A stretch of 64,000 bases of DNA, taken from the NCBI RefSeq assembly GCF_001194135.2, contig NC_068982.1, positions 133,953,790-134,017,789 of the forward strand, given 5' to 3'. Position 1 is the first letter of the stretch; each line of letters starts with the position of its first letter. A model generated the notes under the pieces. That model was not told the DNA's origin. It worked only from the letters and a program-made list of their open reading frames with translations, and did not search any database. Below are positions 13,366 through 27,993 of this stretch, piece by piece. The position numbers and the translations under genes are program-made. This stretch comes from Octopus bimaculoides. Lineage: Eukaryota.

Positions 13366-14487
13366 CTGAAAATGAGAGCAATGCTGTATACTTGGCTCTT
13401 CAATAAAACAAAGCAACAATATATTGATATATTCAGTGAGTGGTGGTGGTAGTGGTGGTGGCAGCAGCCGCAGCAGTAGTAGTAGAAGTAGAAGTAACAG
13501 CAGTTCCACATCATTGCTTGTCACATAGATTTGTAGCAACAACAGCAGTTTCTTTTGTTGTTTTTGTTTTAAACATTTGCTACCAATTCTACAGTAATGA
13601 TATATATATCTTTATTCTGCCTATAACAGACGCATCACAATAATTGAGTTAAAAACATGTCAGCTTCACAGATTGAAAAATCCTCCAGGGTTCAGAACTT
13701 GTTACAGGATTTGAATCCAGGAAGATTCCCAACAAACAGCAGAAAAAGAAGGGAGGAAAAAACAAAAGAGAACAATGCAATGGTAAAGACTAACTGGAAA
13801 TTGAAACAGTTTTGCTAATTTACAGAGCTGAGATTGTGAAGCTTCTTAAATGAGAAAGTAATTAAATAATTTGATCAAACTTTAATTTCTTCATTGATCA
13901 CCAACTCTAACATAATTCAGTTTGATATCTTCCTCAAATCAACAAACATAAATTATTTATAAAAAGCTGGCTTTCTTTCTAATGGAATCATTGTTATATT
14001 TATTTCATTTCATTTATATTCTTGTTTTTTTAGAAAGCGTTGCACTCCGTTACTTTGATGTGAGAAGCAGGAATGAAATCTAAAGTAACTATCTGGCAAA
14101 CATCTACAAATGATTTAACAAGGTCAGGTTTAAAGTTTTCACACAGAAGTCACAAAATCAATGTCATTATCTGGAATCTGGAAGCAAAACAGCACGGAAT
14201 CATAGAAATTTTTGTTGCCTTGTCACTGAGTTGAAAGCTGCCAAGAAGAGTACAGACATATGTAGCAGAGTGAAAACGAGGCACTAACATGAAGAGAAAA
14301 AAGTAACTACAGAAATATGAACTATACTATATGTGTGTGTTTGTGTAGAGTGAGGGTGGGGGTCTTATAAGTCTATTTCAAGTGCACAGGACATGAACAA
14401 CTAAATTGGTGAAGGATAAATATTTATTATTATTCAATGTACTAGTGAAATAAACAGTATAATTGCTTTTATCAACTGTATTCTTTA

Positions 14488-14702
14488 GCAACTTTGATAC
14501 CAACCTGCTTGAGAATGCCCCTGATTCTATGGTACAAACTTCTTATTTAAGTTAAAATCTTCCATTAAAATTTATGCAAATTTAAGTTCCAAGCACCAGC
14601 TTATTAGTGACACAGTTATTTTGGTAAATTCTTCAATATTTTCAAAATTAATTGAAAGAGGAGCAGTATATCTCAATGAAAATATGGTAGCAAAAGGGTT
14701 AA
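14488..14702. mobile_element. piggyBac-like MITE, third type
   Basis: Right end CAAAAGGGTTAA; left end decayed; similar to 16087-16311 and 44555-44731. Confidence 0.6.
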
Positions 14703-15149
14703 CAGAGAACCAGTCCAATTGACTTGAAAGATTGAAGGGGAAAATAGGAATTGTGGCTTTTATGCTTTTACCAATAGCATTGACAGCATAAGTGAAATAG
14801 CAACAACTAGGTATGAAACTTGAGTGACAAGACATGGTCCATCATGAAGTTACCATTTACATGATATCATCTGTCTGCTCTGCATGAATGTCGATCAAAG
14901 ACAGCAAGGAAGCCTATTTGAAATGGCTTGACATGCAAGAAATAACAGCCAAATCTTCTTCAAATCATACCATATCATCTGAAAGAAGGACATATTGGAC
15001 AATGTAGTCCTAGATATAAAAACACATGTAATGGTTATATCAAGAATGCCTTTGATTATAGGTTTACTTGATGTGAGTTGACCTGGGTTTAAACAATAAC
15101 AACTATTCAGGAACTATCCATTCCAGTGTAGCTATGTGGATACTGTAGG

Positions 15150-15490
15150 ATAAAGTAAAGTAAAGCACCCCTTCAGTCATGAAAAACTATGGGACTGAAC
15201 CTAGAAAGTTACCCTCCGAGGCACAAGTCCGGGCAAGGTTATTTTATGGAAGACCAGCAGTCACCCATGCATACCAGTCTCCTCTCTCCATGCTCCTGAT
15301 GTTATCCAAGAGAAAGGCAAAAGTCCATAAAACTTGACACCAGTGATGTTGCAACTCAGTTCTGTAGCTAAGTGAACTGGAAATAAAGTGTCTTGCTCAA
15401 GAGCACAACACACAGCTCAGTCCAAGAATCGAACTCACTACCTCATGATTGTGAGCCCATCACTCTAACCACTGAGCCATGTGCTTTCAT
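15150..15490 (-). mobile_element. tRNA-derived CORE-type SINE
   Basis: Head GGCTCAGTGGTTAGAG..GTTCGATTC, core CTTGAGCAAGACAC and (TTTAC)n tail on the minus strand. Confidence 0.75.
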
Positions 15491-16086
15491 ATAGCTGTGA
15501 GATAGCTAAGTAAATAAGTTCTTGTTTAACAGAAGGTCAGACTTGATTGAGCTGACTTTGATCAAAAGTATCTCAGCTTGATCTTCCTATCTTTTATTCG
15601 GACATAACATAACAAAGAATATATTATGTGATGTGTCTTTTCAATTTTAAGAAAGTAAGTTATGATAGGAGAATATGTAACTGTTTCTTCTAGCATACCA
15701 ATCGACCACATAGATGCTCTTTTGTTGGCTTGCCAAGTTGATAAGTTATTGAGGTACCTGCCCAAGAGTCATGTGTTCAGATTTTGCAGTAAATGTTTTA
15801 TTGTGCTTCTACGCTAAAAACTTAATTCAACTTTGACTCAGTTTACATAGATGTCAGGGAAAAACGGTGCCATTAGAAAAAAAAAAAAAAGAAATAAAAA
15901 AGAAAACCCCTCAACTTGCTACAATTTATATTATTTGATTTCAGAAGTTCATTTGATAGAATTGGTCTTGTGGTTGGAGACCAATAAGCAAGTTGTCTAG
16001 AATAATTACCAGATCATGAGAGAATGTAATCTCTCCAGGGAAGGCATCATTCACTTAAACACCATCTCCTCAAAACCTTCCTTCCT

Positions 16087-16311
16087 GTAACCCTTTTGAT
16101 ACCAACCTGTGTGACACTGCTCTTGTTTCTATGATACAAATTTCCTGATTTAAATTTATATAAATTAAAAGTTGCTATCAAAACTTCATCTTAATTAGTT
16201 CCAAACACCTGCTTAAAATAACAAATTATTTTTCTAAATTTTTCAGTATATTCAAAATTGATTGAAACAAAGGGAATAAATTTCAACATAGATATAGTAG
16301 GAAAAGGGTAA
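16087..16311. mobile_element. piggyBac-like MITE, third type
   Basis: TAACCCTTTTGATACCAACC...GAAAAGGGTAA. Confidence 0.65.
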
Positions 16312-17495
16312 AGTGCAACACAGCCATCCATCACCAAGAGCCTTATTATTAACCAAAGTCTAGGAGAATGATAGTTAGAAACTCTAAGGAGAGCTGAACA
16401 GCAGAAAGCGTTCAGACAAGAAATCCCTCCCTGCCACTCCATGCAAGGCACTTTGGCCCTTAACTCCTTACACTGTAAGAAGGCTAGGCTGCATGTAGAT
16501 CATTTCTTCTGGATATCCCTTTGCTGCCACTGTTGTTTTAATCTTTACCTTCTTGGATGGTCAAAGCCAAGTCACCCTGGATGTTGCAACAGTATATTTT
16601 CATCTTCAAAAATTAACAACTCTTTGGGTGAATTGTCTCAAGAAATTGTCTCAAATCCCATCAAAGATAAAATAAATACTTGACATTTACAGAGAGGATT
16701 AAGGCCAAACCAATCAACTAAACACCCTCTTCTATGAAATTTATGGCTTTGTGTAGGAAACCATTATTATCAAATCAATTAATTTTAGTCTCCAATAAGT
16801 TTCTTCTTCAGAGTGCAGCTTACTTGATTTTGACATTGGTTCTGTCATATTGGCTTCCATAAATGACCTTTTCAGGAGACAGCTGAAGAGAATGGATAGA
16901 GATTAGCAAGACACTTAACTAATAAAGTCATCATATAACATGCCGTGTATGTAATTGTGGCATATGGCTATAGTAAATGTGTATTTACTGTACAGACTTT
17001 TAGAATAACATTTGATGATTGACACACAAACATCACATACACACACACACACACGTTCACTATACCAAACTACTGCACCAAGGAAGGCAATTTCATGTCT
17101 GTATTCAATACCCACTACTAGTAGCCTTCTGTACGCCTAACCCTCTCTTTCAGGTCATTCCTTATTGACACTCCTTACAATTGTCCATCTCTACTGCTAT
17201 CATTCAATCCATTTCTATTACTATCATCCATTACTCTCTCTTTCTCTCACATTACTCATTCTCATCAATCATTTTTGACTTTCTCTCTAACTTCCATTGC
17301 TCCTTCTTCTATTAATCTTTCTTCTATTACATCACCAATTTGTTTATACATGTGTGTGTGAGTGTGTGTGTGTGCATAAAACATTATTCATCTATGTAAA
17401 TTAATTTTTCCTTGAATATTGATTTCTTTATGGCTTTTATTTAAATCCAACTGAAGTGTATGTGTGTGTGCATGCGTGCATACGTGTGTGTGTGC

Positions 17496-17546
<51 letters not shown>

Positions 17547-17665
17547 NNNNNNNNNNNNNNNNNNNNNNNNNNNNNNNNNNNNNNNNNNNNNNNNNNNNNN
17601 NNNNNNNNNNNNNNNNNNNNNNNNNNNNNNNNNNNNNNNNNNNNNNNNNNNNNNNNNNNNNNNNN

Positions 17666-17709
<44 letters not shown>

Positions 17710-17889
17710 ATAATTTATTTCAGCCTATACAGCCTTAATGTGAAATTCAATATTTCAAACCTGATTAAAAAACATTTTGCCATTGGAAACAAATATCTCA
17801 AACTATCTAACTTGCAAAACATAAAGGTAAGTTATAGTTGCAGTCAATGCAGAAGGCATCGTTGCTGGTAGTGGACACCCCAAACTTAC

Positions 17890-17931
17890 TAAGAAAACCA
17901 AGAACTCGGGAAACACTCCAAAGACATCTAC
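17890..17931 (-). CDS. Candidate 42-nt exon (VDVFGVFPEFLVFL in phase 0, or GRCLWSVSRVLGFL in phase 1)
   Basis: aatttttcag|G ... TTA|gtaagt; length divisible by 3; two open frames. Confidence 0.4.
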
Positions 17932-18405
17932 CTGAAAAATTCAGTGAAACTAGATAGTAAGTGAAACAACTGCAATTTCCCAAATAAAAAATGAGTTACA
18001 AATCCATAGCAATGTATGCAAAGCTGAATTTCTACTACCTTAAATTATGGTCTCCAACTCCAGAGGTGCACAACCCTATAAGTCATACATCATAAGGTGT
18101 AAGGGCACCACTTCTACAGCAACAGAACGTATGATGCAAGTCTAGTAATGGTTTCTCATCTAGGAAAACAGTAACTCCAAATATTTCTGCTACAGGGTAG
18201 AAGGGACTTGCAAGTCCTACTTGCATGGGAAAACTTCTCAAGTACAAGTAACAAGATTAAAATTCACTGAAGACATACAATACTGGATCAATCCTTATGC
18301 AAAATAAGCATGTACTTAAGACATCAAGGGAAGAGGGGGTACCAAAGAAATAATAAATGGTTTACGGCACAAAATAAATCAGGTTAAACTTGCTAAGATA
18401 ATATT

Positions 18406-18690
18406 CAGGATGTCTTATCTCTGCTAAGCATAGAAGCAGATGTGTTAGATGAGATTAATTTAGAGGATCTGATCAAAAACTTTGTTGTTAAAAAAGGTGG
18501 AAGAAAACTTTTAAAATATAAATAAATTGGAAGTATACAAAAATAAATATTATTTTCCCTTTTATTTAATTTTGAAAAATAAACTTTATTTCATGGTTTA
18601 TTATTTTTCATATTTTAAATTACATATATATATGGGGGCACCAAAATCTCTCAAGTGCTTAGAGCCTCTCAAGTTCTTAATATGGCCCTG
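18406..18690 (+). mobile_element. hAT transposon 3' remnant
   Basis: QDVLSLLSIEADVLDEINLEDLIKNFVVKKGGRKLL* resembles the end of the hAT dimerisation domain; ends in TTAATATGGCCCTG, a CAGGGCC-type hAT terminus. Confidence 0.65.
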
Positions 18691-19434
18691 AGTGAATATC
18701 TCTAAATTTTTTCACATGAGACATTCTACTTTGTGTCAGTGGCAGAATTAAAATTCGCTGAAGACTTGCACAACACTAAAGTTTACCAGTTTTCTTTGTT
18801 GTTGCATGTGCAAGGTGATACAGACCATGGCGACCCAACCAATCTTTGCTGGCATGGCAAAACAGGCAAAAAATGATAAGACATATGTACATACATATAT
18901 TTATAGATTTGTGCATAGAAATTTTTTTTCTTGATAATAAACAAACGCACTCTAACACACTCTGTATACAAACATATACTTTATTTGCAAAAGACACACA
19001 GATACACACACACATAGATACATACATGCATACATAACTGACATCAGCACCTCCACTATCGTGATCACCTCACTAACATTGAAAAAACATACTAGATTCC
19101 ATATATAAACAACCTAATTTCTTTGAACCATTTTTTAAACTATTATGTGGTATGAAAGCCAGCAGAATGAAACAAAAGACGTTGAAGACTAAGAGAAAAC
19201 ACCACTTCGGGTTAAAAAGTAGCTCTTAAGTCCAGGTTTATCATTATCATCAGTCTATTGTTTATGTAAGACAAGGACTGTGGTTTGGCACTAGAAAGGT
19301 GAAAGAAGACTAGATTACATACTTGACTAGTTGTTTAGTTGGTTTATACAATTATGGGGAAAGGGAAAAAAGTCTGTCAACTGTGTTTGGAATTCTTGTC
19401 TTTCATTCTTTCTGTTATGCGTGTTTGTATGTAA

Positions 19435-19504
<70 letters not shown>

Positions 19505-19944
19505 ATATGTGTTTTCTATTCTTGATTGTTGTTTTAGAGTTTATTTTAATGGGCCACCTGCTCAGTAACAAGATTGTAAAGAAAATATATTCTTCTTTTA
19601 AGAAAAGGGTGCTTCTGATCTTTTCATAACCATTCACCCTTTAAATTTTAAAAAACGCCTTGCAGATTTATACTGTCCATGATAGTATGTAGCATGGTTA
19701 TCTGTACTATATGCATTATAGAACTACCTTCTTTCTCCGAATCTAAGGGCAACCATGATTTAATCAAAGCAGGTTTGTACATATCCTGTTGCTTCAAAGC
19801 TGAAAATGTATCTTAGCTCCTAGATTTGCAAACTCCTCACCAATGGTCCAAAGATGTCTTCTATCTTTTGTATTTTTCTTACTACAATGATGTCAAATGG
19901 GCAGCTGACCACATCAATATCTATTTGTGTGTATCAATATTTTT

Positions 19945-20264
19945 TTATTTTGTGGTCTCAGGTTTGTTTTCTTCTAGGTTGTAGTTTCTGGCTTGGAATT
20001 TCTGGAACCACTACTGACACTGGCTTACACTTATTGTCCGATCTCCATATACTGCATTAATATTCCTTACACTTTCCATTGCATTGTTGCTTTCATTGAA
20101 CTCATAAAGCAAAATATGCCGAATATACTCCTTTGCACTAAGAATAAGTACAAGGTAAAATTATCACCTGCTTTTACAGCAAATTGATGCAGGTAGTTTA
20201 TCCTGTCCCTCTCTGACTTTTAGTTCATATAATTGAAAAAAATCTTTATTATTTATGTGCTGAC

Positions 20265-20269
<5 letters not shown>
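19945..20269 (-). mobile_element. Mariner transposon 5' remnant (TIR plus transposase N-terminal HTH)
   Basis: Minus strand reads KEYIRHILLYEFNESNNAMESVRNINAVYGDRTISVSQCQ*WFQKFQARNYNLEE, typical of the mariner HTH; mariner-like end TA-TTGGGTCAGCACATAAATAA abuts a (TA)n run. Confidence 0.8.
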
Positions 20270-20304
<35 letters not shown>

Positions 20305-20517
20305 NNNNNNNNNNNNNNNNNNNNNNNNNNNNNNNNNNNNNNNNNNNNNNNNNNNNNNNNNNNNNNNNNNNNNNNNNNNNNNNNNNNNNNNNNNNNNNNN
20401 NNNNNNTATATTGCCACTTAAGTGTGGCTGACCCCTAGGGGTAGATGTTACTGTTGCTTTTAGCCCCAGGAGGACATCTCCTCCAGCTGGCTTATCGACA
20501 CACGACTGTGTCCTGTT

Positions 20518-20562
<45 letters not shown>

Positions 20563-20579
20563 TATACACATATATATAT

Positions 20580-20870
20580 CATCATCATCATCATTTAACA
20601 TCCATCTTCCATGCATGCATGGGTAGGATGGTTCACAGGAGCTTGCCAGGTAGAAAAACTATCCTAGGCTACTCTGTTTTGGCAGGGTTTTTACGGCTGG
20701 ATGCCCTTCCTAACACCAACCACTCTGCTGAGTGAACTCAGTGCTTTTTACATGGCACTAGCACAGGTGAGGTTAGTTTTGGCATGATTTTTACAGCTGG
20801 ATGCCTTTCCAAATGCCAACCACTTTACAGTGTAGACTGGCTGCTTTTCACGTGGCACCAGCAATAGCAG
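20580..20870 (-). mobile_element. RTE-related 3' UTR, internally duplicated
   Basis: (CAT)n-TTAACATCC tail; two copies of GGTTTTTACGGCTGGATGCCCTTCCTAACACCAACCAC. Confidence 0.7.
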
Positions 20871-21566
20871 GATCTTGCAAGACAAAGAATTAAGAGAGGA
20901 GCAAGCGTGCGTGTGATTTAGTGGTTAGGGGCATTTGGCTTACAATCCTCACACACAGACACACATTTAGAACTTTTTCTCTTTCACACTTTTGTTTTTT
21001 TCCCATTCAGTCTTCAGTCTTTCAAATTTTAAATCCTCCATAAATTAATTATTATTTTTTTTTTTGCATTGATGATAGCAAGGAGGAAAAACGAAGAGAA
21101 CATTGCTATATCTTTTTCTTTCTTTCTGTGTTTTTTTTCTAGATTTTCATTGAACTGTTTTTCATATATTTTTTTTACCTGCATTTTCCTCTCTATTTTT
21201 ACTTTTACTTCCACTTTCTCCTGTCTTCTCTTCTTTCCCCTCCCCCACCACTTTCTCTCCTTTCCTTCAGTTCAACATTTTATATTTTGTCTTTATCTAC
21301 TGATGTAACCACTACAGACTAGACTACTCCTCCCCTTATCTGTCATACAGGTGCTTGCAAAATGTGTGAGGCTGCCAAGTACATTGTTCTCAATATCACA
21401 GCTTTGGGAGTTAATGAGACAAATAGACTGTCAAAGGTAAACCTTTTTGTGTTCAATTTTGAGTGTTCTCTCACGACTGTATAAACAATGACACATTATA
21501 CACGCATACATATCCATTCATAAATACAAACACATAGATACAAACATATTTTACACATACATTTAC

Positions 21567-21605
<39 letters not shown>

Positions 21606-21607
21606 CT

Positions 21608-21810
21608 ATTTTATTTGTTTCAGTCATTTGACTGCGGCCATTTTGGAGCACCACCTTTAGTCCAGCAAATCGACCCCCGGGACTTATTCTTTGTAAGCCT
21701 AGTACTTATTCTATCAGTCACTTTTGCCGAACCGCTAAGTGACGGGGACATAAACACACCAGCATCGGTTGTCAAGCAATGCTAGGGGGACAAATACAGA
21801 CACACAAACA
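21608..21810 (-). mobile_element. SINE family A, 3' half
   Basis: GACTGAAACAAATAAAA tail and GCGGTTCGGCAAAAG block; matches other copies. Confidence 0.85.
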
Positions 21811-22504
21811 TACACACACACACACACACATATATTTATATATATATATACAACGAGCTTCTTTCACACACACATATCTATAAATATATATATATGTATA
21901 TTAACGTGTGTGTGTGTGTATATATATATATATGTGTGTACAGATATATATGCATATATACATATAAATATATGTGTGTGTACGTATATAAGTGTGTGTG
22001 TATACATACACACAAACAAACAAACAAACAAATGAATATATAAAACCACAGGAACTGTCAAGTCACTGAATTAGCATGTAAGTGGGTATTCCATAGACAA
22101 GTGTACCCTTAATGTAATTCTCAGAGTGTGCATATAATAAAGGCCCAGTCATAGATACAATCTATTTGACAGGCTTCTTTCCACACAACATCCAGTGACC
22201 CAATTTTGCTCACAAAGCTTGGCTCAATCCAAGGTCGTGTAAAGAAAGATGCCACGTTGTGGCACCAAACTTCTGACAAAGGTTGTCTGTCTGTCTGTCT
22301 TTGTCATCCTTGTTGTTGTTGTTGTTATTGTTTCATGTCTGCTTTCTATGCTAGTATGAGTTGGAAGTGGGCTTGACAGGTTAGTCACAGTTTGAGTCTA
22401 TTCTTATTTGCAGTTATTGTCCTTCTAGGTGTGGTCAGAGGACAATGCCTCACTCATCTGCTTTTCATTTTGACATAGTTTCCACAGCTGGCTGCTGTTC
22501 TTAA

Positions 22505-22593
<89 letters not shown>

Positions 22594-23003
22594 ATTTATG
22601 TATATATGTGAGTATGCATATACACACACACAAATGTATTCACACAAGTGCATATACATAAAAGCAGTGCTGCCTTATGGGCTTACTGAGATTTTACCTG
22701 AGAGCTCTAAAGTCCTAGGGTGCCCAATGCCAATCTATATATGTTGTGGTTGTGTATGTAAGGGTACCAGTGCATTACTTGGCCCTGCTGGGCAGCTATA
22801 ACGCATAAAGCTATGACAGTTTACAGTTGTATCATGAATAACATGTCTCCATTATATTTTCGCTATCTTATGTATGTTTCAATCAGAAATAACAAATTTC
22901 ACTTTTATTTGCATGACACTGAGTTTCAATCATGCAGTAAAGGCAGTGCTCCAGCATGGCTGCAGTCAAATGACTGAAACAAATAAAAGTATAAAAGTAT
23001 ATT

Positions 23004-23342
23004 CCGTCAGAGTGTAAGTATCTTGAGAGAAAAGCTGAACATTAGAAGCATCAGTTGTGGCGTGCAAGAGAGACGATTGCGCTGGTATGGACATGTGGTG
23101 AGAATGGAGGAGGATAGCTGCGTGAAAAAGTGCCACACCCTAACAGTTGAGGGAACCCGTGGAAGAGGTAGGCCCAGGAAGACCTGGGCTGAGGTGGTGA
23201 GGCAAGACCTTCGTACATTGGGCCTCACCGAGGCGATGACTACTGACCGAGACCTTTGGAAATGTGCTGTGCGTGAGAAGACCCGGCAAGCCAAGTAAGA
23301 TCGTTGCCAGTGCCCCTGGACTGGTTCTTGTGCGGGTGGCAC
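23004..23342 (+). mobile_element. RTE-clade LINE, 3' end of ORF plus start of 3' UTR (young copy)
   Basis: LREKLNIRSISCGVQERRLRWYGHVVRMEEDSCVKKC..GRGRPRKTWAEVVRQDL..LW is the RTE C-terminus; truncated by a gap. Confidence 0.9.
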
Positions 23343-25611
23343 NNNNNNNNNNNNNNNNNNNNNNNNNNNNNNNNNNNNNNNNNNNNNNNNNNNNNNNNNN
23401 NNNNNNNNNNNNNNNNNNNNNNNNNNNNNNNNNNNNNNNNNNNNNNNNNNNNNNNNNNNNNNNNNNNNNNNNNNNNNNNNNNNNNNNNNNNNNNNNNNNN
23501 NNNNNNNNNNNNNNNNNNNNNNNNNNNNNNNNNNNNNNNNNNNNNNNNNNNNNNNNNNNNNNNNNNNNNNNNNNNNNNNNNNNNNNNNNNNNNNNNNNNN
23601 NNNNNNNNNNNNNNNNNNNNNNNNNNNNNNNNNNNNNNNNNNNNNNNNNNNNNNNNNNNNNNNNNNNNNNNNNNNNNNNNNNNNNNNNNNNNNNNNNNNN
23701 NNNNNNNNNNNNNNNNNNNNNNNNNNNNNNNNNNNNNNNNNNNNNNNNNNNNNNNNNNNNNNNNNNNNNNNNNNNNNNNNNNNNNNNNNNNNNNNNNNNN
23801 NNNNNNNNNNNNNNNNNNNNNNNNNNNNNNNNNNNNNNNNNNNNNNNNNNNNNNNNNNNNNNNNNNNNNNNNNNNNNNNNNNNNNNGATTTGTTCATTCC
23901 ACAAGCTCTCTAATTTCTTTATTATGTATTTTCTTTAAAACAACAGTTATTAGATAATTATATTTTAAAGAGATTCAGAATATGCAATATATTTTTTTCC
24001 TGTCTTTGCAATCAGAATGGCATTAGCATTTGAGAATTTACAATTCTTCTTTCTAATATGTGCATGTGTGTGTTTATGAATATATAAAAAAAACTTTCTT
24101 ATTTACAAATATATTATATATGAATATATACTTATATATTATATGTAAAATATAGTTCATGTATAAGAAATATATATATATATATATATTTCATTTATGT
24201 AAATATATTTTGAATTTGAGATGTATAAAAATACTTTGTTTGCATTTGTAATTACACTTTTATCATCATCATCATCATCATCATCAACATTATCCTCATC
24301 ATCATTCACTTTGCCAGGCTTGCATGAGTTGGTCAGAATTCATCAAGGCAGATTTTCTACGGCTGGATGCCCTGCCTCTCACCAACCTTCACCTGTTTCC
24401 AAGTAAGATATTATTTTCCCCATGGTTGAACATGTTTTCATGGCATATTAGAAGTTGAATGCCATTGCTTGTATGATCGTGACACTGACTTAACAATGCA
24501 ATGTCAAATCAAGAGGAAATACAACCACACATGCACACACATACATACATGCATACAAAAGAAAAACCAAAAAAAACATCTAGTACTCTGTAAAATGGTT
24601 GGCATTAAGAAGGGCATCCAGCCAAAGAAATCATGCCAAAACTGTGACACTGGGGCAAGACAGGTCCATTGATCTGTTAGATTCTGCCAAAATGTCTAAT
24701 CCATAGCAGCATGGTAAGCAGAAGATGTAAAATGAAAATGAACTGATGAAATGAATATATATGTACGACAGGCTTCTTTTAGTTTCCACCAGCCAAATCC
24801 TCTCACAAGGTTTTGGTCAGTACTGGGGTTACAGTAGAAGGCACTTGCCCAAGATGTCACACAGTGGGTCTGAACCCAAAACCATTTCGTTGGGAAGCCA
24901 TTTTCTTAACTACACGGCCATGCCACTGCCATCTTTAATAAATTGAAACAACAAAAATATTTTAAATTTTCAGAAAGTGAGACAGTACATTTACTTAATG
25001 CTTAAATCATTCAATACACATTATATACATTATTTTGAAAACTAATAACAGCTAATACAAGATATTTGTGCAAACTTGTTTAAAGAGAGAAAAAGAAACA
25101 AGAAACAAAAAACAAAAACAATAAACAGGAATCACTATCCAATGTTTTATAAATGTATTTATATATTCATAACATGACTACAGAACAGAAATATCTTGTA
25201 ATAGCTGTATATTAGTTTTCGAAATGATGTTAAGTAATGTGGATTTAATAATGTGAGTATTAAGTAATGCAGTGTTTCTCTTGATGGAAACTTAAAATGC
25301 TGTTACAATTTTTAAAGATGAAAATGTAATTATGAACACAAAATATATTTATACATTCTGAATACAAATGAAATATATTTATACACACAAAAATTGCTTT
25401 CTATATTCATAAAAGTATACATAGTTAAAAAAAATATCAAATAGAAAGCAGTCCTCTAAACCTAATCAGTTCTTGATTACATAAAAAAGAAAAAATTAAA
25501 TAGAAAAATTTTTGCCCATTCTGAATCTAGTGTTTAAAGCATAGAAATCTAAAAGCTATTTTTCTCTTTAAAAGGAGACATAATGAATAGTTAAATAAAG
25601 GGAGGGGATAT

Positions 25612-25892
25612 TAAAAGTTCACATATAAACTGGTCATATCCAGCCCAAATATTCTGGCTGTTGTATGATCAAACTAGTCAGATTTGGCCTCTCATACCTA
25701 CCCTACAATGTCACTCTCATACTTACCCTACAATGTCACTCTAAAATGTCACTCTAAAAACAAATAATCACTTTGTCAAAATCTGGAAGCTATGAGATAA
25801 AGCATGATTATGAGATTATGAGATTACAAGATAAAGCATGATTAATTCAAAGCATTACATTTGTCAGAGTAATCTAAATGCTAAAGGGTTAA
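25612..25892. mobile_element. piggyBac-like MITE, second type, with internal tandem duplications
   Basis: Ends AATGCTAAAGGGTTAA; internal repeats of CTCATACCTACCCTACAATGTCACT. Confidence 0.7.
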
Positions 25893-27993
25893 ATAATTGA
25901 GTGTTAGTTCTGCCTGGACCAACTTTACCTTTCATCTAACCTGAGTAAATAAAAATTAAAAGCAGCCATATCCTTTTGTTGTTCAAAAATGTCAACACAG
26001 ACAAGGCTGGTGGAGATGGTCACCTAATAATTCTATAGTTCAGTAATTCAGAGGTGTAGTACGGGTTGTGTAGACCACAAAGGGTGACCACTTCATAGAT
26101 GTGTTTGCTGTAGTTGAAGGTATGTTTAAGGGAGGAGGCAACCAATTTGGCTACCATACAGGGTGGTCAAAATTAGGCTGTATTACTGCCAAAGAGGGTG
26201 TTTGATCTCACAGTGTATCACTTTGTGCAAGTACATCCAATCAAAGCTTCAGGTTGCCTCAAGTCTTGTGAGAGGAATATAGTAGATGAAGTCCCTGTGG
26301 TAGCCCTTTGAATGGACTGTTCCTATTTTTACTGATGGACCCAATCTGTTGCCTGGTTTAATAGCACCAAGTAATCATTGGGTCCTTTTAGCAGAGTCCA
26401 CTCTGATGCAACTATTTGCATTAATCTCTGGTCTGAGCAGAGCTCCACCACATTCCTCCCATCAATCTGAGAGGCCCTAAACAGAGTCAAGGGTACTGTC
26501 CTTCATTCTCTTATGATGCAATAACATTTTTTTAAATTACAATCCAGGTGGATTGTTGTTACTTAGTCCCCACCTCACTCCTCTTAGCTTTGATCCAACA
26601 CATCAAAAGAATTCAAACCATAACTTCTTAATTTTAAGAATATTATACTTCAGTCTGATGTATTCAATATGTGTGCAGTTTAAAGGAGATTTGAATGTTA
26701 TTTCTAGCAATTTGAAAGACCACATAAATGTTTCCTAGGTTTATCGTAATAGGATGTATTCAGCTTATTTATCTGGAATCATTATTATCTGGCAGTGTGC
26801 TCCCAGAGAACCAAACTGACAACACAACTAATTCTCATTTGAACTATCGACACATCATCTCACTTAACTATGATTTCCAGTCATTGTTACTGGTATGCAA
26901 AGGGATGGGTGCCACCAAACGGAACTTAACCCATGACATACTACATGAGGACAAATCTTTTTATAGCAAACCAAAAATGTGTTAAAAGTTTTGGAACACT
27001 TTATTTTCCAGTGAAATTAGTCACTAATTGTAAATGTAATGCATCCTTAGTGTGAGATTTATTCATAAATTTGTGATTAAGTCTAACAGTCTGTAAATGA
27101 AATGTGTTGGTGATGCCAAAGGAGGGATCTCTATTCAGTTCTTAAGGATGCACATAGGAGAGTGATGTGATTGTGGGACACTGTTTAAGCTTTTGTTAAA
27201 CTGGGAAGACTACTGAAGTTGGTAAAATGAAGACAAGCTGATGCTCAGATCTTCATATAGTATTTATTGTTACCAAGATAATACTAGATACAATGAATGA
27301 TCTGGTAGAACAAAAGGAAGACAAGGAAGGAAAAGTTCTGTTCATGGTGGTTATTTATGTGTTGACAGAGGAACAAGAATAAAGGGTGAGTGTATGAATG
27401 TTGAAGATTTAGCCAGTATTTGTATAGATAGTTCTTTTGACAGTTTATCATTATATTGCTTAGCTGCTAAGTTTCACTGAATATTTTTTAAGAATAGCCT
27501 CTTTTTATAAACTCTATAACAAACCGTTTTGTGGAGAACACATCACTTGATTAGCAACAGCTGACAGCCTTTTACAAATAATTTTTATTGGCTAGATTTT
27601 TGATGATGTCATTACTCAGTCTATAAAATTCCAATTGTCTGCAAAGAAATTCCTGATTAGATGCAACCAAAGTCCTAGGTTCAAATCAAAGTAGAGCTCT
27701 GCTACAGGTTTTTAGAATTAGTGTTCTTACAAGTTTCCAGATTCTTGGAATTTGGCAATGTTGATTGCAGTAATTACTGTTGTTTTGATTGAAAACCATG
27801 ATTGGGGCCTCCAAGAGAAATTTTACAAGACAGGAACAAGATTGCTTTTGAGACATTGATGCAATTGGATTCTCTTAAAATATGAGGAGGCTGTGAAGTA
27901 GGGTTTTTTCTTCTTTTTTTTGGTNNNNNNNNNNTTGGATATTCATGGACCCCCTTTTTTTTTTTTACTTCTCTGGAGTCTGAACTGACATAC

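Noticed and set aside
15683-15742. Plus-strand exon candidate IPIDHIDALLLACQVDKLLR
   Set aside because: Weak donor (gtacct), no phase-compatible partner found, and antisense to the better-supported gene.
21029-21300. Minus-strand K/E-rich ORF
   Set aside because: Polypurine low-complexity tract with no acceptor site.
21355-21440. Plus-strand exon candidate (cag|GTGCTTGC..AAAG|gtaaac)
   Set aside because: Open in two frames, but no recognisable product and no consistent plus-strand chain.
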